Source: Sedimentisphaerales bacterium (lineage in GTDB: Bacteria; Planctomycetota; Phycisphaerae; Sedimentisphaerales; SM23-30). Taken from it: a stretch of DNA of 64,000 nucleotides. A program made the position numbers and the translations under genes. The stretch is taken from NCBI GenBank assembly GCA_963666285.1, contig OY762711.1; one strand, given 5' to 3'. Below, one piece after another: positions 19,100-29,638 of the stretch. The notes below the pieces were generated by a model. It was not told the origin of the DNA. It did no database searches and saw only the letters and a program-made list of their open reading frames with translations. Position 1 is the first letter of the stretch; the number at the start of each line of letters is the position of its first letter.

Positions 19100-19411
19100 T
19101 AAATAGAGTGAATCATTCAGTATTACTGATTTAGGTGTTGCAGAATTGTAAATAATACAAGAGGTTAGACAAGAGATGTGCCAAATAGAATATTTACACT
19201 TACTTAATAAAAAGCTAATAAAAAAGTAGTATAATTATTACAATTATACGATTACGGGTGAAGGCAGGGTGTTTATGTGTTTAACATGATAGCTAATATT
19301 GTATTGATTAAATTGCACTTCCATCGATAATGGATTTATTCGAATTAGCGGTACAAGTAATTTAGAAAAGCAGTGTATTATAGAGAATCAAATATATTTG
19401 GAGTAGATATA

Positions 19412-22400
19412 ATGTTAAAAAAAATAATTATATTAATATTTATTATATTTTTTATCAATCAGGTTTCAGCTTTTGTAAAAGCTCAAGTGGTTTCAATAGA
19501 GCTTCCGGGTCAAGCTACTGAAGCTGATGGCTCGTACAATTTGTCGGCAGGAACTTATGATGCTCAGATAGTATTAAATAGAAATCCGTATATATTTAAT
19601 GGCACTGCCTACCCTGGTTATGATGGATACCGGCTATCTAGTCTTGCGATTAAATTGGCAATTACAAATGGATCAATGCAGATTACTGATGATGGTCTGC
19701 CTTTTACCACGGATCAATTGAAATATGCTTCTGGTTTAACATCTGGAGCCAGTAATAGTCTTTCATTGATACAATGTGTTGCTTTGTCTGATGTGGCTCC
19801 TGGCACCGTTTTGGTGTATAATTTTCAGATAGTCTACAGTGGAGTAGGCACTCTTCAAGTTGACTTGTCACTTTCAGGGACCTCTGAGTATAGAATTGCT
19901 CATGCTGATACAGGTGCTGATTATCTGTCGATGTCAGAGGAGGATTTAGGTGATTTAATAATTAAAGATCCAGATGCTGGAAACACCCCTCCTACTATTA
20001 CCTCCGGTAACGGCGATACGGCTACCGTAAGTGTTTCTGAAAACCAGGCTGCGGTAACAACAGTTGAGGCTACAGACCTTGACGGTGATACAGTAACATA
20101 TTCCATAAGCGGCGGTGATGATGCCGGGAAATTTTCGATAGGCGGCAGCAGCGGCGTATTGACATTTATTTCTGCCCCGAACCATGAGCAGCCTGCAGAC
20201 AGCAACAGTGATAATGTATATATAGTTGAGGTAACGGCAGCTGACGGCAATGAAGGCTCTGACACCCAGACCATAAGCGTGACCGTGGATAATGTCAACG
20301 AGCCGCCCGTTATTACCAGTAATGGCGGCGGGGCTACTGCCGCTATCAGCGTGGACGACGGTCAGGTAGGTGTTACTACTGTCGCGGCGACCGATGAAGA
20401 TGGTGACACGATAACATATACGGTAACCGGCGGTGCAGATCAGTATATGTTTATAATTAACAGTTCAAGCGGCGAAATGAAGTTCAGTATTGTGCCGGAT
20501 TATAATTTCCCTGCCGATGACGGTGAGGATAATGTATACGATGTCGAGGTTACTGTAAGCGACGGCAATGGCGGCAGCGATATTCAGACTATAAGCGTGG
20601 CAATAGCACAATTGAGTTCGGTGCCGAGTATCAAATCTGATGGCGGCGGTGAAACAGCAGCAGTTACTGTGGAAGAGGCCCAGACAGCGGTTACAACCAT
20701 TCAGGCAGCAGATATTGACGGCGATGTAATCACATATTCGATATCCGGCGGTGATGATGCCGCTTTGTTTGAAATAGATTCTGCGACAGGTGAGCTGACT
20801 TTTGCCGGTGCCCCCGATTTCGAACAGCCCTCAGACAGCAACAGTGATAATATTTATGTTGTCGAAGTTACCGCGACCGATAAAGATGGGTCTGACAGCC
20901 AGACGATCAGTATTACTGTTACTGATGTCGATGACACAATCAGGATAACCAGCGACGGCGGCGGCAAAACTGCCGATGTAACAGCAGCAGAAAATCAGAT
21001 CGCGGTTACTACCGTTACTGCAATCGAAAATGACGGCGATGTAATCACATATTCAATCTCCGGTGGCGATGATGCCGGGTTCTTTGCTATTGATTCTGCA
21101 AGCGGTGTATTGACCTTCACTTCGGAGCCGGATTATGAAAACCCCGGCGATAGTAACGGTGATAATATTTATGTTGTTATTGTTGCTGCTGCGGATAAGG
21201 ATGCAAGTACCAGCCAGACTATAAATGTTACTATTAGCAATGTTGACGACTCGCCGATAATTACCAGTAACGGCGGCGGCGATTCTGCATCTGTAAATAT
21301 ATTGGAAAATCAGACCGCAGTTACAACTGTGAAGGCTACTGCCCAGGGCGGTGGCCTGCAGTATAGTATTTCCGGCGGTGCCGATTCCGGCTTGTTTTCC
21401 ATTGATGCAGATAGCGGCGTTTTGACATTAAACATTGCCCCGGATTACGAGTCTCCCTCAGATGGTGACAGTGATAATATTTATATTGTCCAGGTTTCGG
21501 CAACAAATCTCGACGGTTCAGACAGTCAGTCAGTTGCTGTTTTGGTGATGAATGTTAACGAGTCGCCAGAGATAACAAGTGGCGGCGGCGGTTCGGCGGC
21601 AAATGTAAGCTGCCTGGAGAATAATGTCGGTGTAACAACTGTAACCGCTATTGATATAGACAGCAGTGTTCTTTCATATTTGATCACCGGCGGAGCAGAT
21701 GCATCTTTGTTTGCTGTAAATAGTACTAGCGGCCTTTTGACTTTCACTTCGGCACCGGATTATGAAAATCCGTCAGATAGTAATGGTGATAATGTTTATG
21801 TTGTAGTAGTTTCGGTTATGGATATCGGAGGTCTAACTGACAGTCAGACAATCAATATCCAGGTAAGCGATTCTAATGATCCGGCTGTTATTATCAGTAA
21901 TGGCGGCGGTGATACTGCAAGGGTATACATTGAAGAGAGGATCGCCGAGGTAACAAAAGTTGTGGCAACCGATCAGGATGGCGATACTGTTTCTTATTCA
22001 ATCACCGGTGGCGAAGATTCGTCTGCCTTTATGATTGGTGGCGGCGGAGAATTATATTTTATTTCTGCTCCCGAATATCTGACACCTTACGACAGCGATG
22101 GTGATAATGTTTATGTTGTTGACGTTTCTGTTTCAGATGGCAGCGGCGGAACTGATACCCAGACTATCAGGGTAGTCATTGGCGATGCGATTGAGCCTGA
22201 AGATGCTGTTGAGCTGGATTTGCAGGTTCATAAGAAAAGTGAAGGTCTGGGTACGTTGTCATATAGCGGTAGATTGGAAATTGGCCGCGTGATTACTGTT
22301 ATTGCAGTTCCGGCAAGTGGCTACAGGGTCAAAAGCTGGAGCGGTACCGATGGTAAGGAAGCTGTAAATGAGCAGGCTGTAACTCTAAAGAAAAATCAGC

Positions 22401-23233
22401 ACAAGGTTGTTGTCCAGTTCGAGGAAGTGCCGGTTCAAAAGGTAATAAGTGCCAAATTCCAGGCCGGTAAAACACGAAGTCTTCATGATGACAGTTTCGA
22501 TATCCATGGGATTCTTGGCGCCGGTGCCGACCATATTCCTGATAGCGATGCAGTTGTAAAAGTGGAGGTTTTGGATTCCGATGGAAATACTATTTTTAGC
22601 CAGAGTATCGATTACAATGATAGTAGTTTTAGTAATAAATGGCCAAAGAGTATCATCTACAAAGACAAAAGTATAGTTCAGGGTAAGCTAAACTATTTCC
22701 AATATGATATTAACAAAGGTAAATTCCGCCTTTCCGCCAAGGGCCAGGATCTTACCGGTTGGGTTGCACCGTTATCTTTATCAATCGACATTGGCGATTA
22801 TGCCGCCTTTATGATTCTTTATGACCAGGGAACAAACGATACGATAAACGGTAAAAAATATATGCCGAGGCAGTTTATGTTTGGCAGTACTGCCAGTCTT
22901 ACGGTTGACTCTCAAAAGATAAAGACAGCAAAAGACGGCACTCAGAGCGGGAAAGTTTCCGGGCGATTTAGTTCATCTATCAATCCGCTTGAACATACTC
23001 TTACTTCTGCTGAAATCCTGATTGGTGATTATAGTCAGATTCTTACCCTGGAAAAGCATGCCAAAAAAGACAGGTATATGTATAAGCGATCCAAAGATGC
23101 TGATCCTGATGTCCAGTATATTGATAAAGCTACATTTGATGTCGATAAAGCGGAATTTGTGATCTCGTTTAAGAATGCAGATTTTGATATAGATCAGGAA
23201 ACTTTTGGCATTACATTTGGATGGGATGAATAA
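19412..23233 (+). CDS. Large secreted adhesin with 7 cadherin-like repeats
   Basis: Signal peptide; N-domain homologous to PEP-CTERM proteins; 7 repeats with YSISGG.D...F.I....G.LTF...PDYE.P.DS..DN.Y.V.V; C-region homologous to 15926-17449. Confidence 0.9.
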   Translation: MLKKIIILIFIIFFINQVSAFVKAQVVSIELPGQATEADGSYNLSAGTYDAQIVLNRNPYIFNGTAYPGYDGYRLSSLAIKLAITNGSMQITDDGLPFTTDQLKYASGLTSGASNSLSLIQCVALSDVAPGTVLVYNFQIVYSGVGTLQVDLSLSGTSEYRIAHADTGADYLSMSEEDLGDLIIKDPDAGNTPPTITSGNGDTATVSVSENQAAVTTVEATDLDGDTVTYSISGGDDAGKFSIGGSSGVLTFISAPNHEQPADSNSDNVYIVEVTAADGNEGSDTQTISVTVDNVNEPPVITSNGGGATAAISVDDGQVGVTTVAATDEDGDTITYTVTGGADQYMFIINSSSGEMKFSIVPDYNFPADDGEDNVYDVEVTVSDGNGGSDIQTISVAIAQLSSVPSIKSDGGGETAAVTVEEAQTAVTTIQAADIDGDVITYSISGGDDAALFEIDSATGELTFAGAPDFEQPSDSNSDNIYVVEVTATDKDGSDSQTISITVTDVDDTIRITSDGGGKTADVTAAENQIAVTTVTAIENDGDVITYSISGGDDAGFFAIDSASGVLTFTSEPDYENPGDSNGDNIYVVIVAAADKDASTSQTINVTISNVDDSPIITSNGGGDSASVNILENQTAVTTVKATAQGGGLQYSISGGADSGLFSIDADSGVLTLNIAPDYESPSDGDSDNIYIVQVSATNLDGSDSQSVAVLVMNVNESPEITSGGGGSAANVSCLENNVGVTTVTAIDIDSSVLSYLITGGADASLFAVNSTSGLLTFTSAPDYENPSDSNGDNVYVVVVSVMDIGGLTDSQTINIQVSDSNDPAVIISNGGGDTARVYIEERIAEVTKVVATDQDGDTVSYSITGGEDSSAFMIGGGGELYFISAPEYLTPYDSDGDNVYVVDVSVSDGSGGTDTQTIRVVIGDAIEPEDAVELDLQVHKKSEGLGTLSYSGRLEIGRVITVIAVPASGYRVKSWSGTDGKEAVNEQAVTLKKNQHKVVVQFEEVPVQKVISAKFQAGKTRSLHDDSFDIHGILGAGADHIPDSDAVVKVEVLDSDGNTIFSQSIDYNDSSFSNKWPKSIIYKDKSIVQGKLNYFQYDINKGKFRLSAKGQDLTGWVAPLSLSIDIGDYAAFMILYDQGTNDTINGKKYMPRQFMFGSTASLTVDSQKIKTAKDGTQSGKVSGRFSSSINPLEHTLTSAEILIGDYSQILTLEKHAKKDRYMYKRSKDADPDVQYIDKATFDVDKAEFVISFKNADFDIDQETFGITFGWDE

Positions 23234-23271
23234 ACCCGGCTGAAAAGTTTATACAATCTATTGTTCGATTC

Positions 23272-23306
23272 AAAAGACACTCTATTGGAATATAGAGTGT
23301 CTTTTT
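23272..23306 (+). terminator. Intrinsic terminator
   Basis: AAAAGACACTCTAT/ATAGAGTGTCTTTTT. Confidence 0.8.
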
Positions 23307-23377
23307 GGTTTTAATCTAAGTGTGATATTTTACTTTCTGTTGTGTATTTGAAAGTAATTGTGTAAGATTCAGTTATT

Positions 23378-24016
23378 ATGATGGATAAGAACTCTAAATA
23401 TCGGCAGCTTCGGGAGCAGATGGTGACAGAGCAGATAGCCATGCGCGGGGTAAAAGATTCTAGGGTGCTGGCGGTAATGCGGCAGATCGAACGCCATAAA
23501 TTTGTTCCTGCCGATATGCGGTCAGATGCTTATAATGATTATCCTTTGCCGATTGGTTTCGGCCAGACGATCTCTCAACCGTATATTGTTGCTTATATGA
23601 CAGAGCTGCTTGAGCTTACCGGGAGCGAAAAGGTATTGGAGGTTGGGACCGGCTGCGGCTACCAGACTGCTGTTCTTGCCGGGATTGCCCGTGAAATATA
23701 TACCATCGATATAATACCGGAGCTGATTGATATGGCCTACGCTAACCTGGCAGATTATAAAAATATTGAGTTTCATTGTGGTGATGGCTGGGACGGATTT
23801 AGGCAATGCTCGCCATACGACCGCATACTGGTAGCTGCTGCTGCGGAATCTGTGCCGGTGAAGCTGGTTGAACAGCTGGCAGATGGCGGCATATTGGTTT
23901 TGCCGGTTGGAGACCGGTTTTGCCAACAGTTAATGCAGATACGCAAATCCGGCAGGGAAGTGTCGCAAAAAGTTATCTGTGGCGTTGTGTTTGTGCCGCT
24001 GGTCCACGGCAAGTAA
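23378..24016 (+). CDS. pcm: Protein-L-isoaspartate O-methyltransferase
   Basis: PLPIGFGQTISQPYIVA, VLEVGTGCGYQTA, FVPL. Confidence 0.95.
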   Translation: MMDKNSKYRQLREQMVTEQIAMRGVKDSRVLAVMRQIERHKFVPADMRSDAYNDYPLPIGFGQTISQPYIVAYMTELLELTGSEKVLEVGTGCGYQTAVLAGIAREIYTIDIIPELIDMAYANLADYKNIEFHCGDGWDGFRQCSPYDRILVAAAAESVPVKLVEQLADGGILVLPVGDRFCQQLMQIRKSGREVSQKVICGVVFVPLVHGK

Positions 24017-24127
24017 GTTCCCGGCATATTTCTGATTGATTTATCGCTGGTTTTTAACGGGATTATCTGGATAATATATAGTTATGTAATAACAATAATT
24101 CTGTAACTTGCTGGAGAACAGTTATTT

Positions 24128-24505
24128 ATGTTAGTGAAGATTATTATGGTAGCCGTTGGCGGAGCAGCAGGGGCATTATGTCGATACGGACTTTGCGGCC
24201 TGGTGAGCAGGCTGTATAATTCACAATTTAAGCTAGAGACTATTGTAGTTAACCTGGTCGGCTGCTTTCTGATGGGGGTTGTGGTATCTGCCGTTCATGA
24301 CCGTGTCGATATTTCTGACTCTGTTAAGATTTTGATTCTGACAGGTTTTTTAGGTGCATTTACTACATTTTCCACATATACTCTTGAGAGTGTACGTTAC
24401 ATAGAGCAGGATCAATATTTATTGGCCTTGTGGAATATTGTCATCAGTACCGTAATTTCCATTCCGCTTCTGATTGCAGGAATGAAAGTTGGCGGTATGA
24501 AATAG
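24128..24505 (+). CDS. crcB: Fluoride efflux channel Fluc/CrcB
   Basis: GGAAGALCRY, VNLVGCFLMG, TGFLGAFTTFST. Confidence 0.93.
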   Translation: MLVKIIMVAVGGAAGALCRYGLCGLVSRLYNSQFKLETIVVNLVGCFLMGVVVSAVHDRVDISDSVKILILTGFLGAFTTFSTYTLESVRYIEQDQYLLALWNIVISTVISIPLLIAGMKVGGMK

Positions 24506-24545
24506 AAAATAATTTTGATTAAATAATCATCGAAAGGTTAGTATA

Positions 24546-24908
24546 TTGAGCGAGAATTTATGTGAAAAGTGTGCCGGGTTGTGTTGTCGTTATATTGCTC
24601 TTCCTATTGAAACTCCTACCACTCGCCAGGAGTTTGAAGATGTTCGCTGGTATCTGGCACATGAAGGAATAAGCGTTTTTGTTGAAGGTGATGACTGGTA
24701 TATCAATATGGCCAGTCGCTGTAAATATCTCAATAAAGACAATATGTGTGATATATACGAGAAAAGACCGAAGATATGCCGTAAATATAAAGAAGATAAC
24801 TGTGATTATCATAGCGGAGATTATGGCTATGATCTGCATTTTACATCATTGGAAGAGCTTGATGAATATCTGGCCGAGCAGGGAATAAGAAAAAATAATG
24901 GTAAGTAG
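24546..24908 (+). CDS. YkgJ-family cysteine-cluster protein
   Basis: CEKCAGLCC ... CKYL....C.IYEKRPKICR; TTG start. Confidence 0.85.
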   Translation: MSENLCEKCAGLCCRYIALPIETPTTRQEFEDVRWYLAHEGISVFVEGDDWYINMASRCKYLNKDNMCDIYEKRPKICRKYKEDNCDYHSGDYGYDLHFTSLEELDEYLAEQGIRKNNGK

Positions 24909-24968
24909 TCTATCTGGGCGGTATTGCGGCCGGTTCATTACTACTTATCTCTAAATGAATAAAGTATA

Positions 24969-25301
24969 TTAGAGGAATTCAAGACCGATTCTGATACCGG
25001 CCTCTTCCAGTAGAGCCTGACGGTCGATTCTGGCTACGGTTGCCTGGAAATTGCTTCCGGGCGGGGTAAATCCGGCTTCCAGAACCAGGTTGAAGGCATT
25101 TTGAGAGAAAAAGAGCTCAACATTCTGGCCTTCTATTACCGGGATGTGCATTGGAACCAGCAAAAGAGCTCCGGACTCAGATATATTCAGACATCTGGCT
25201 CTCAATGATTTGCTGCTGGGCAGGTGGCTGAATCTGAGAGAACAGTCTACTTCAAACCTGTTTGCCCGTCTGTTTTCAAATTTTGGGGTTGCGGTTTCCA
25301 T
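24969..25301 (-). CDS. PilZ domain protein
   Basis: ENRRANRF and NISESG motifs. Confidence 0.8.
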   Translation of the reverse strand: METATPKFENRRANRFEVDCSLRFSHLPSSKSLRARCLNISESGALLLVPMHIPVIEGQNVELFFSQNAFNLVLEAGFTPPGSNFQATVARIDRQALLEEAGIRIGLEFL

Positions 25302-25608
25302 TTTTCATAATTCTCCGGCATTGTGGTTATCGGCAATGAGAGAAATCTATATTAGAATAAAAGCTAATTTAATATAATTTTAACGCCTGACGTAAATATT
25401 TATATATTATGGTTTTTGAGGGTAATACAGCTGTTGAATAGCCGATATCGTAATATCGATCAGGTATTTTCTTGAGATTTAGCTAGAAAAATGATATCCT
25501 AATTGCTTTATAAATAATGTTTTAACTTTAACTTACAGTATAGATCGCACTAATAGACAGGCAGTGATTAATACCGCAAAATCAGTTTAGAAAATGAGGA
25601 ATTGTATC

Positions 25609-28311
25609 GTGTTAACAGCTAAAGAGATACGTCAAGGTTATATCGATTTTTTTGAAGGGAAGTCCCATAAGTTTGTCCCGAGCAGTTCGGTTGTGCCTTT
25701 GGATGACCCTACATTGATGTTTACAAATGCGGGTATGAACCAGTTCAAAGATATTTTTGTGGGTGCCAAAAAAATCGAATTTCCACGTGCTGTCAACAGC
25801 CAGAAATGTATCCGGGTAAGCGGTAAGCATAATGATCTGGAGGAAGTTGGTCGCGATACCTACCATCATACCTTTTTTGAGATGCTGGGTAACTGGTCTT
25901 TTGGCGATTATTTCAAAGCAGAAGCTATCGAGTGGGCCTGGGAGCTGTTCACCAAGGTATGGAAACTTGATAAAAGTAAGCTGTATGCCACTGTTTTCGG
26001 CGGTGATGCAGATGATGGCCTTGAAGCTGATACTGAAGCAGAAGAACTTTGGAAAAAACTGACCGATATTGAGCCATCTCATGTTATGCGTTTCAGCAAA
26101 AAGGATAATTTCTGGGAGATGGGCGAAGTTGGTCCTTGCGGTCCGTGCAGCGAAATTCATATCGACCTGGGCCCGGAATTTTGTGATATGCCGGGTGTTG
26201 AAGGTCACGTTTGTGGTGTAAACGGTGATTGCGGCAGGTATATCGAGCTTTGGAACCTGGTATTTATCCAGATGGAGCGTCAGTCGGATGGTTCATTGAA
26301 GACACTGCCGAGCAAACATGTCGATACCGGTGCCGGGCTGGAACGTGTTGTGGCTGTTCTGCAAGGTAAGAGAAGCAATTACGATACAGACCTGTTTATG
26401 CCGATCATGACCGCGCTCGGTAAGTTGTGCGGTAAGGAATATACCAGTAAGCTGGGTGATGATAAAGACAACGCCTTCCGTGTAATTGCTGACCATGTTC
26501 GTATGCTGACATTCTCAATTACAGATGGGGCCTTGCCCAGCAATGCCGGTCGCGGATATATATTGAGACGCCTGCTCAGAAGAGCGGCTCGTTTTGGCTT
26601 GATCCTGGATATGAAAGAACCGTTTGTTTACAAACTGGTTCCTACCGTTGTTGAGATGATGGGTGATATGTTCCCTGAACTGGAAACTCGTAAAGAGCAT
26701 GTTATGACTGTTATCAAAGCAGAAGAGGATAGTTTTGTTCGTACCCTGGATAGAGGGATGGTGATTTTCGCAAATGATGTCGAAGAGCTCAAGGCTGCCG
26801 GCAAGAATGAACTGCCTGGCGATAAAGCATTCCGTCTATATGATACATATGGCTTCCCGGTTGATCTGACAGCGTTGCTGGCCGAGGAAAATGGGATGAC
26901 GGTTGATACAGAAGGTTTTGAGAAGCTTATGGACCAGCAGCGCGAACAGGCGCGTGCTGCCCAGAAGAGTGCAGTTTATGAAGGCGATGCTCTTGCTGAC
27001 AAACTTCCGGAGACAGATGACAGTTCGAAATATTCTGCATTATCGATTAAAGCCAATATTGTTGGTTTTGTCGATGGCGGTGAGTTTATTACCGAAGGTG
27101 TTATTCCTCCTGGCAGGGAAGTTGGCTTAATACTGGATAAGACTTGTGCCTATGCCGAAAGCGGCGGACAGGTTGGCGACCAGGCGGCTATTGTCGGTAA
27201 TAATGTGATTTTTGCGGTGAAGAATACTGTTAAAAGCGGAAAAGCAATTGTTCATTACGGCCAGACAGATATGTCCGGTTTGAATGTTGGCAGTGAAGTT
27301 TCGATTTCTATCGAATCTGTCCGCAGCGATACAACTAGAAACCATACGGCAACCCATCTCTTGCAGTGGGCCTTGCAGCAGGTTTTGGGAGATCACGTTC
27401 ACCAGGAAGGTTCTATGGTTTGCAGTGAATATCTGCGATTCGATTTTACTCATCCAAAGGCGCTGACTGTCGGTGAGATTACCGATGTCGAAAATCTGGT
27501 TCGCCAGAAGATAGCTGCCGGGCTTCCCGTTGAGGCTGAGGTAATGGCAGCGGACGATGCCAAGCAGCTTGGTGCCATGGCCTTGTTCAGTGAGAAGTAT
27601 GGTGATGAAGTCAGGGTTGTCGGTATTGGCGGCGATAGTAATATTGCAGATGCTTTTAGTAAAGAGTTCTGTGGCGGCTGTCATGTCGCGAATACATCAG
27701 AGATCGGCGCTTTTATGGTTACTCGTGAAGAGAGCGTTGCCACCGGTGTAAGAAGAATTACCGCTATGACCGGTCGGGCGTTAAACGAGATGATGTATGA
27801 AAACAGCAGGCTTATCAATCATATGTGTGTTCAGCTAAAGGCCAAGCCGCATGAACTTCCGGGCAGGGTAGATGCTCTGGTAGAAGAAACCAAGAAGCTC
27901 AAGAAACAACTCAAGAAAGGTGTTGCCGGTGACTTGAAAGGTGTTGTTGAGAAAATGCTTAATGACGCTGATCAGGTTGGTGACGCTAAAGTAATTATTG
28001 GCGAACTTCCGGAAGCTGGTGTTGATGCTGTTCGCAGTCAGATTGACTGGCTGAGGAAAAAAGCGGAAAGCTGTGTAATCGTTCTTGGAACACCGGCAGA
28101 AGATGGTAAAGTCATGTTGTTTGCGGCGGTGACTGATGACCTGGTAGGCAAAGGCGTAAAAGCCGGTGATATTGTCAAGCAGATAGCTCCGATTGTTGGC
28201 GGCGGCGGTGGCGGTCGTCCGCAAATGGCCCAGGCTGGTGGTAAAGATTCTGCTAAATTAGCTGATGCTTTAGCTAAAGCCAGGGAAATTGTCCTTGGAC
28301 AGTTGGGCTAG
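25609..28311 (+). CDS. alaS: Alanine--tRNA ligase
   Basis: FTNAGMNQFK, HHTFFEMLGNWSFGDY, NHTATHLL, EFCGGCH, GGGGGRPQMAQAGG; GTG start after GAGGA. Confidence 0.98.
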   Translation: MLTAKEIRQGYIDFFEGKSHKFVPSSSVVPLDDPTLMFTNAGMNQFKDIFVGAKKIEFPRAVNSQKCIRVSGKHNDLEEVGRDTYHHTFFEMLGNWSFGDYFKAEAIEWAWELFTKVWKLDKSKLYATVFGGDADDGLEADTEAEELWKKLTDIEPSHVMRFSKKDNFWEMGEVGPCGPCSEIHIDLGPEFCDMPGVEGHVCGVNGDCGRYIELWNLVFIQMERQSDGSLKTLPSKHVDTGAGLERVVAVLQGKRSNYDTDLFMPIMTALGKLCGKEYTSKLGDDKDNAFRVIADHVRMLTFSITDGALPSNAGRGYILRRLLRRAARFGLILDMKEPFVYKLVPTVVEMMGDMFPELETRKEHVMTVIKAEEDSFVRTLDRGMVIFANDVEELKAAGKNELPGDKAFRLYDTYGFPVDLTALLAEENGMTVDTEGFEKLMDQQREQARAAQKSAVYEGDALADKLPETDDSSKYSALSIKANIVGFVDGGEFITEGVIPPGREVGLILDKTCAYAESGGQVGDQAAIVGNNVIFAVKNTVKSGKAIVHYGQTDMSGLNVGSEVSISIESVRSDTTRNHTATHLLQWALQQVLGDHVHQEGSMVCSEYLRFDFTHPKALTVGEITDVENLVRQKIAAGLPVEAEVMAADDAKQLGAMALFSEKYGDEVRVVGIGGDSNIADAFSKEFCGGCHVANTSEIGAFMVTREESVATGVRRITAMTGRALNEMMYENSRLINHMCVQLKAKPHELPGRVDALVEETKKLKKQLKKGVAGDLKGVVEKMLNDADQVGDAKVIIGELPEAGVDAVRSQIDWLRKKAESCVIVLGTPAEDGKVMLFAAVTDDLVGKGVKAGDIVKQIAPIVGGGGGGRPQMAQAGGKDSAKLADALAKAREIVLGQLG

Positions 28312-28328
28312 ACAGTTAAAGGTGTGAT

Positions 28329-28601
28329 ATGAAAATCAGACGGCGTATTATTTTCAGCGGCCGCGTTCAGGGTGTAGGTTTCCGCTTCACCGCTGTACGT
28401 GTTGCTGCAAACTATGATGTCGCCGGATTTGTACGTAATATGGCTAACGGCAATGTCGAAGTTGAAATAGAAGGCAGCCGCAAGAATATACAGGACTTTA
28501 CCACCGAACTGGAAGATCGTATGCGGGGCAATATCCGGGAGATAAACTTTCAGGATATGCCCGTGGGCGGCAGTTATCATCGATTCGAGATACGGTATTA
28601 A
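28329..28601 (+). CDS. acyP: Acylphosphatase
   Basis: SGRVQGVGFR, GFVRN. Confidence 0.92.
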   Translation: MKIRRRIIFSGRVQGVGFRFTAVRVAANYDVAGFVRNMANGNVEVEIEGSRKNIQDFTTELEDRMRGNIREINFQDMPVGGSYHRFEIRY

Positions 28602-28772
28602 AGTATATAAATTGACGAATTAAGATGGCATCTGTAAATTGCCTTCATACTTATTGTTGCATGATAATTTCAAAGTTAGTTGTTTTAACCGTTAAATTGC
28701 CTGCCTCTTTGCAGCTTTCAAGCTCTTATCCCTTATCTCTTTTGCCTGTAAATGACAATCTGTTAGTTTGAG

Positions 28773-28812
28773 TAAAAAAAAATCAGCCGGGCAGAATAAT
28801 TCCACCCGGCTG
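28773..28812 (-). terminator. Intrinsic terminator, minus strand
   Basis: CAGCCGGG/CCCGGCTG stem preceded by long A-run. Confidence 0.65.
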
Positions 28813-29638
28813 GCCTGATTTTATCAATATACATTCATAATAGATATAATGTTATAATAGCATTCACTTTAATAAGTAAATAAATGTATATTGTGCCTGT
28901 TATATCGGCGTATTCAATTAGGTTATTTGTTCCATAGGCATATGTTTCCTTCCCGGCAATTGCCGATTGCGAGTATACCCAAAGCTGCATCTTTTGAGAT
29001 CTTTAGTGACTTCCGTGAGTAGTGTCAGCATAATACAAAGCTTAAATTAATTGATCTCTAAAGTAATACATCTCTGCAAATTTGGGCAGAATTACTCCTT
29101 AGGTTTATAAAACAGTGTCTTTTTTGTCTGAACTAAACGTACATTCTCTGTCATCCAATGCTTGGATCGCAAGATAAACTGTCGGAAAAACATCAAAGAA
29201 CAACTGCAAACCAGAAAAAAGGAAACTTTATTTTAAACACCCGGGGACCCGGGGTAATGGTTGGTAAATGAAGGCTTTTTGATAAATAAAAATAATAAAA
29301 ATAATAACAGTATAATATATTGCTTCAAATACAAACCAAATTTATAATAAAGCATTACTTGCTGGTTTGACCAAACCGACAATTGTTAATGTATGCAAAA
29401 TAAAGCTTTAAATAACCACCTGCCTTTCTGAAAAATGCGGGTTTTATATTCTTTACAATTAATTATACATCAGGAAATAGCTATTGACCACCTGTGTTAG
29501 TAAAAAAAATGGAAAAAGTTGCTAGTGGAAAATGATTATTAAGAAATATGACGACCTCTCGCTCTTAACGGTTTTCCTGAGGTCCCATATAATGTGCAGC
29601 TTGGAATAATTGAAATAGTACAGAAAAGGAATTTGACA

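Noticed and set aside
19980..22180. CRISPR-like or DNA tandem repeat array
   Set aside because: Repeats are degenerate, in-frame cadherin domains within one CDS.
24017..24127. Fluoride riboswitch before crcB
   Set aside because: No GATG...TRATG-type crcB motif visible.
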